Shown piece after piece: positions 57,771-64,000 of a DNA stretch of 64,000 nucleotides. The stretch is taken from contig OX597824.1 in assembly GCA_951406725.2 (NCBI GenBank), positions 90,520,001-90,584,000 on the forward strand. Direction: 5' to 3'. The DNA is from Octopus vulgaris (Eukaryota). The position numbers were made by a program, and so were the translations under genes. How positions within the stretch are numbered: position 1 is the first letter of the stretch; each line of letters opens with the position of its first letter. The notes beneath the pieces are model-generated. The model was given only the letters and a program-made list of their open reading frames with translations, was not told where the DNA came from and searched no databases.

Positions 57771-58216
57771 TGTATGTATGTATGTATGTATGTATGTATG
57801 TATGTATGTATGTATGTATGTATGTATGTATGTATGTATGTATGTATGTATGTATGTATGTATGTCTATATGTATGTATGTATGTGTATATGTATGTATG
57901 CACGTATGTATGTATGTATGTATGCACTGCACGTATGTATGTATGTATGTATGTATGTATGTGTGTGTGTGTATGTATGTATGTATGTATGTATGTATGT
58001 ATGTATGCACGTATGTATGTATGTATGCACGTATGTATGTATGTATGTATGTATGTATGTATGTATGTATGTATGTATGTATGTATGTATGTATGTATGT
58101 ATGTATGTATGTATGTATGTATGTATGTATGTATGTATGTATGCACGTATGTATGTATGTATGTATGCACGTATGTATGTATGTATGTATGCACGTATGT
58201 ATGTATGTATGTATGT
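57238..58216. repeat. (TATG)n array of about 1 kb
   Basis: Direct reading; recurrent gcac interruptions. Confidence 0.95.
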
Positions 58217-58300
58217 AGCCACTATCCATTAATCTTCCCTACCAAACAATTTTTTTATCTTTCTGCTATTTAACATGATTTTTCTCTATATTTTTATATA

Positions 58301-58515
58301 TTTCTTTACTACCCACAAGAGACTAAACACAGAGGAGACAAACAAGGACAGACAAACGGATTAAGTCGATTACATCGACCCCAGTGCGTAACTGCTACTT
58401 AATTTATCGACCCCGAAAGGATGAAAGGCAAAGTCGACCTCGGCGGAATTTGAACTCAGAACGTAACGGCAACGCATTTCGCCCGTCGTGCTAACGTTTC
58501 TGCCAGCTCGCCGCC
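58301..58515 (-). mobile_element. SINE family C with a TSD of about 21 bp
   Basis: ttttctctatatttttatata at 58280-58300 and 58516-58536. Confidence 0.92.
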
Positions 58516-59142
58516 TTTTCTCTATATTTTTATATACATACGCTCACAAACATTTGACTGACGTACACATAGAGCTTATTCCCACGTATTCATAAATACA
58601 CATTCTTTTCTTCTCCCTCACACTCGAACCTACGCACGATGAAGCGCCATCACTCCATTAGTTCACTGTAAACTTTGCCTTCGCCTCTTATACCTCACAA
58701 CGACCACACTTACAAAGTTTAATGCTCTCCCAGTAACAACACTGAAGGGGAGTCCAACTCGACCATCGAACCTAATGAGACTTGTTTGACGCTGTCGATC
58801 GCTGCTTAAACAGTGAGTTCCCGCCATCTTGTTGTTCATAATTACAGCTCAGTCGATTGGGTCATTGAAAGTTAAGTGTTTACGACAACACCCTCCTCGA
58901 AACACAGTCACTTTCTCTCTTCCTCTTCCTCCTCCTCCTCCTTCTCTCTCCCCTCGCCTTACGGAATATTTGAAGAATTTACTTTAAGGAGCTTAACTTT
59001 TGGACTCGTTAAAGTTCTTGACCAATCACCTTTCACCTTTCTCATTTGCATCTCTCTCGATCTATTTCTCTCCCAAATCCCCCACTCATTCCCTATATCT
59101 CCATCTCTATCTCTGTATGTCTGTCTATGTCTCTGTATCTCC

Positions 59143-59191
<49 letters not shown>

Positions 59192-59984
59192 CCGTTTGCT
59201 AACCTCGGTGTGACTCGGTGATAAACTCGGTTTGTTTCGCCTCTCTTTACTTCTTTATTTCTTTATATTTCTTCTCGGCTCTTTTTCTCTCTTTCCCCCC
59301 TCATTCTCTCCCCTTCCTTCTCACCTCCTCCCTCTCCCTCACTCTTTTGCTTTGTTCTCCTCGAAAACATTCGTCGGAAGATTACTCTAACGCTCTTCCT
59401 CAGAGACACACACATATATATGCTCACGCACACATACACACCACCACCACCACCACCATCACCTACACCGCCGCCGCCACCATCAACACCACCACCACCA
59501 CCACCACTTATTTTGAAATTTTCTGGATCGTTAGAAACAGGGCTGATCATCAAAACTTACTGAAAACGAGGTTAGATCACGTGATGGTCAACTCTTGCAA
59601 GAACATGGAAGGTTTAGCACTGTATCGTTTGCAGCAGCACCGTTTCCACAAACCGAATCACTGTTCTTGTAGTCTGAAAGATGGCGAATCTAACAATTCC
59701 TCTATTTTTGTCAGCGATATATTCCGTGGGACGGTTTCCTCCCTCGGCAATATCGATCGTTAAAAACACCAGGAATAATTTCAATCGTTAACAGTTTAAC
59801 TCACCTTCAATTTCATTATGTTTTTCCTCAGATATTAGTTTTTTTTCATCTTTTCCACAAGGTAAAATTTCTTGACAAGGGACTATATTTTATCGAGCTT
59901 GAAGAAAAGAAAATTTTGCCTCGATTGGATTCGAACTCAGAACGTAAATGGATGTTACGTTAAGTCTACACGAAACGAATTACC

Positions 59985-60775
59985 AGAGTTTGAGAAAATC
60001 TGTGCGGCACAAGAGTTGTGAAATAAGAATTCCAACATCAAGCGTCCATCGCTTTTTGAAGTCCTGCCATTGGAAAAGTTATATTCCAAGAATTAGTCCC
60101 TGCTCTCAGTTAGGATGGTCCGGACCAAGGAGTGGAGTTTTGCGAGTGGTAGTTGGCAGAAGATATAGAAGATGCAAGCTTTCCAAGAAAGGTTGTTTGG
60201 TGTGCTGAGGCTACATTTAGGTTAAATGGCTCGATTCAGTTCCACAACTGCACCTACTGGGGACCTGAGAATCCACATATTACCGAGGAACATCATGTTA
60301 ATTTACCAAGAGTTAAAGTATGATGTGGCTTATCGTTAACTGAACAATTCGTTTTTGATGGTACTGTGTTGGGAATACTTTTAATTGAAGTTGCTGTGAC
60401 AATCTATTGTGCCAAGTATTCAAGAGGACTTTGAAAGTATGTGGTTTGTTCCCAGCAAAACGCATTACTCCACACATCTTAATAATAATGATATCAGGTC
60501 CCGCTCCTATGACATTTTGCCAAACTGGTGGATTGAACGATGTTCTGAAGAATACCCTCTGCATTCACCGGAACCCAAACCACTCTACATATTTTAAAGG
60601 GATACTTAAAAGATAAAGTTTACGTTACAAAACCGGCAAAAGTCAACGAATTCAAGACAGTCATTGAGCGAGAAAGCGCAAAAATACCAAACGAAATGTT
60701 CTTTGATATTTGCAATTCCATTGCTTTGCTTTATCAGCAGTACCCGAAACACAATGATGACCAGTTTTAAAATAA
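59985..60775 (+). pseudogene. Decayed IS630-Tc1-mariner transposase (possibly rosa/DD41D-like)
   Basis: VEFCEW...[24 protein letters not shown]...MWF...WIER...LKDKVY, with stops and frameshifts. Confidence 0.8.
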
Positions 60776-61443
60776 GAGTTCATAAAACTATTAAATTCTG
60801 CCCATAGATTCTGTTAAGTTTTGAAAACGAAATGCATTGAGGATCTGACAACCTACGTTTCCTTTGTCAGTCATAATGCTTATGTCGAATGTAACATTTA
60901 AGTCCAACCAACGATTTGCTAAGAAGCCCACAGAGGTTGAAAATATGAAGATGACGAGTCAGTGTATGTGGTATATTAGCAGACGCTTTTCTTATTTACC
61001 CTGCACCACTAAGCTTATTAATGCTGATTAAAACAAAGTCTCATGCCATTTTAACACGATGGCCTCCATTCTATTCGCTCCAAGGCTATTCGTTCAAATG
61101 TGTTGTAAGATATATTGACTACTGAGAGGTTACTCTTCAGCTTGTCCTTATATCTGAGCCATAGTTGACCAACGTTTCTGTGCCCACTATCACACTGGCT
61201 GTACATGTATGTATGCTTTGGACATTCCTTCGTCACTCTTTATTGGCAAAATGACCAGCCTAACGCAATTGCGACTGCATAAGGAATCTCTCAGTTCCAA
61301 CAATCTTACACTTGCTAAACAGATCGACATTAGACTCTATCTTTTAGTGTACAACTGCAGATCATCCTGTGGCAGACTCTGCGAAAGACGTCTAGTTGGT
61401 TACTATACAACATACACATATATATATATGTATATATATATAT

Positions 61444-61906
61444 CACCCCCACCACCCTGCCCTGTCCCTAGCCATATTCAGATGGCTTTAGTCCCTTATG
61501 TTATCGAGCAGTTACTGTCTATATCTCTTTTAGAGAATTATTATTGCTTTCGAACAGATTTTCGAAATCAGCAAATGTATTTTGCTTGAAAATCTATATA
61601 TGAATATCCTGCAGAGTGAGAATTCGTCGGGGAAGCGGAAGCCTACCACACGCCGACGATAGGCAATACACCTTGAAACCATGGTCCGTGTGTGGTTTCC
61701 GCTTCATCGGGGAATTACCTCCCTTTGCAGGATAAGGACACCGTGACGGTGTCGAGCCTTTCTGGTGACGTCGATGTTCGCCTGGGGCTAAATGCAACAG
61801 TAACACCCCCACCACCCTGCCCTGTCCCTAGCCATATTCAGATGGCTTTAGTCCCTTATGTTATCGAGCAGTTACTGTCTATATCTCTTTTAGAGAATTA
61901 TTATTG

Positions 61907-61908
<2 letters not shown>
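61444..61908 (+). mobile_element. Penelope-like partial tandem pLTR (direct repeat of about 105 bp around a hammerhead)
   Basis: 61444-61548 appears identical to 61804-61908; flanked by (TA)n. Confidence 0.75.
61632..61705 (+). ncRNA. Hammerhead with U4C core and a long stem I
   Basis: cacacg-CCGACGA (61653-59)-u-agg-caauaca-ccu-u-GAAAC-caug-GUC (61684-86)-cgugug; stem I extends through gaagcggaagcc/gguuuccgcuuc. Confidence 0.7.
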
Positions 61909-61957
<49 letters not shown>

Positions 61958-61993
61958 GTTGATTACTATACCACATACATACATACATGTATA

Positions 61994-62054
<61 letters not shown>

Positions 62055-62849
62055 TTATATATATATATGAATGTATGTATGTATATATGTATGAATGTAT
62101 GTGTTTATGTGTGTGTTTTTGTGTCTGCATTTGTTCCCTCCACTATCGCTTGACAAACAGTGTTGGTGTGCTTACTTCCCCGTGACTTAGCGTTTCGGCA
62201 AAAAGGACCGATAGAAAACCTACCAGGCTTACAAAGAGTAAGTCCTGAAGATCAATTTATTCGACTAAAAGGCGGTGCTGCAGCACGGCCGCTTTCAAGT
62301 GACCGAAAAAAAGCAAAGGAATAAAAGAATAAAAGAATAGACGGATAAATAAATATACAAATAAATAAAACCAACAAGTTATCACGTAAACAACAAAACG
62401 AAATCATATACAAAAAAGAAAAAAAACATGCCAAAAACACAATAAAAGAAATAAATGAGAAAACAATTAAGAAAGAAAGAAAGAAAGAAAGAAACCTAGA
62501 AAACTATTTACCACAAAATATAAAAGAATAACGGAACAACGGATGAACGGAATAAAGGTGTACGGTAGTTGGGTTGGAGTGTTCGAGGAAAAAGCGGGGA
62601 AGGTTGTGGTTGGAAACGAAATGGAATAAGATGGAGTAAACATGTATTTTAATCATTATTGGACATAATAATGGTCGTCTTGTATTGTTTGGCACAATGC
62701 TAATGGAATCTGCGAATCTGGCGAAGAACAAGATGATAGAAAACACACATTCAAGTCGCAACAACACAATCATACCAACAAATACAGATACACACATATA
62801 TATATACATACGCATGTATGCACAAACGTACGCATACACACATACATCC

Positions 62850-62884
<35 letters not shown>

Positions 62885-62924
62885 CATATATATATACATA
62901 TATATATATATAAATATATGTATA

Positions 62925-62955
<31 letters not shown>

Positions 62956-62962
62956 CTGTATA

Positions 62963-63065
<103 letters not shown>

Positions 63066-63408
63066 ATGGATGTGTGTGTGTATATATATTATATATACAA
63101 ACATGCACACATTCATACACACACACCCATATATATATATATGTACGTGTATTTATCTAGGTATTTACGTGTCTGTATATGTGTTGAAAATGTGCACATG
63201 TAAATAATTTCAGAATATGATAAAATAACCGTCATCTGAATGGTGTGTGTGGCGGGGGTGGTTGTGTGGGTGTTTGTGTGTGTATGTGTGTGTATATGTG
63301 TGTGTGTGTGTTTGTTTGTTTGTGTGTCTGTGTGACTTTAGAAATTGATAACTCTAATCTGTTGAGGAAGTGGAGGGAAGCAACAGTTTTGACGAATATT
63401 CATCGTAC

Positions 63409-63524
<116 letters not shown>

Positions 63525-63609
63525 GTCTGTCTGTCTATCTGTCTGTCTATCTGTCTGTCTATCTCTGTATGTCTCTCTCTCTCTCTATCTATCTATCTCT
63601 CTATCTGTG

Positions 63610-63674
<65 letters not shown>

Positions 63675-63781
63675 ATATCTATCTATCTCTATGTCTGTCT
63701 ATCTGCATGTCTGTCTATCTATCTATCTCTGTCTCTCTCTCTCTCTCTGTCTATCTATCTATCTGTCTGTCTGTCTGTCTA

Positions 63782-63830
<49 letters not shown>

Positions 63831-63896
63831 GTTTGTCTGTCTGTCTGTCGCCTGTCTATATATCTAGCACTTATTCAGTTTTCTGCCAATTTGTCG

Positions 63897-63932
<36 letters not shown>

Positions 63933-64000
63933 ACATATTTGGTTTGCATGTTTGAGGGTAAGTATATCTAGGAATGCATGTAATTTTCTGCATATATGTA

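Noticed and set aside
61352-61399. Hammerhead-like caactg-CAGAUCA...gcagacucugc-GAAA-gacgUC-uaguug
   Set aside because: Two non-compensatory core substitutions and odd spacing; too degenerate to call.

Overview
AT-rich, microsatellite-saturated eukaryotic DNA with no intact protein-coding gene. The style of the SINEs and the density of (TA)n, (TATG)n, (TCTA)n and (TAA)n tracts suggest an octopus (coleoid cephalopod) intron or intergenic region; the organism is inferred. Almost every ORF in the track is a simple-repeat artefact. The recognisable content is: at least four tRNA-derived SINE families (some with clean target-site duplications); decayed CR1/Jockey-group LINEs; R4/Dong-type retroelement 3' ends stacked in (TAA)n and (CATA)n microsatellites; mariner, Tc1-like and Tigger remnants; and a non-autonomous Helitron. 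The main observation is about a dozen minimal type-I hammerhead ribozyme motifs in Penelope-like pseudo-LTR remnants, mostly in (TA)n. They include recurrent non-canonical cores (U3-A8 covariation, U4C, A6U), long stem-II insertions and a back-to-back inverted pair. A few unique-sequence islands carry clustered YY1/Pho-type motifs, and there is a possible gene start at the left edge. All calls are by eye; no searches were run.
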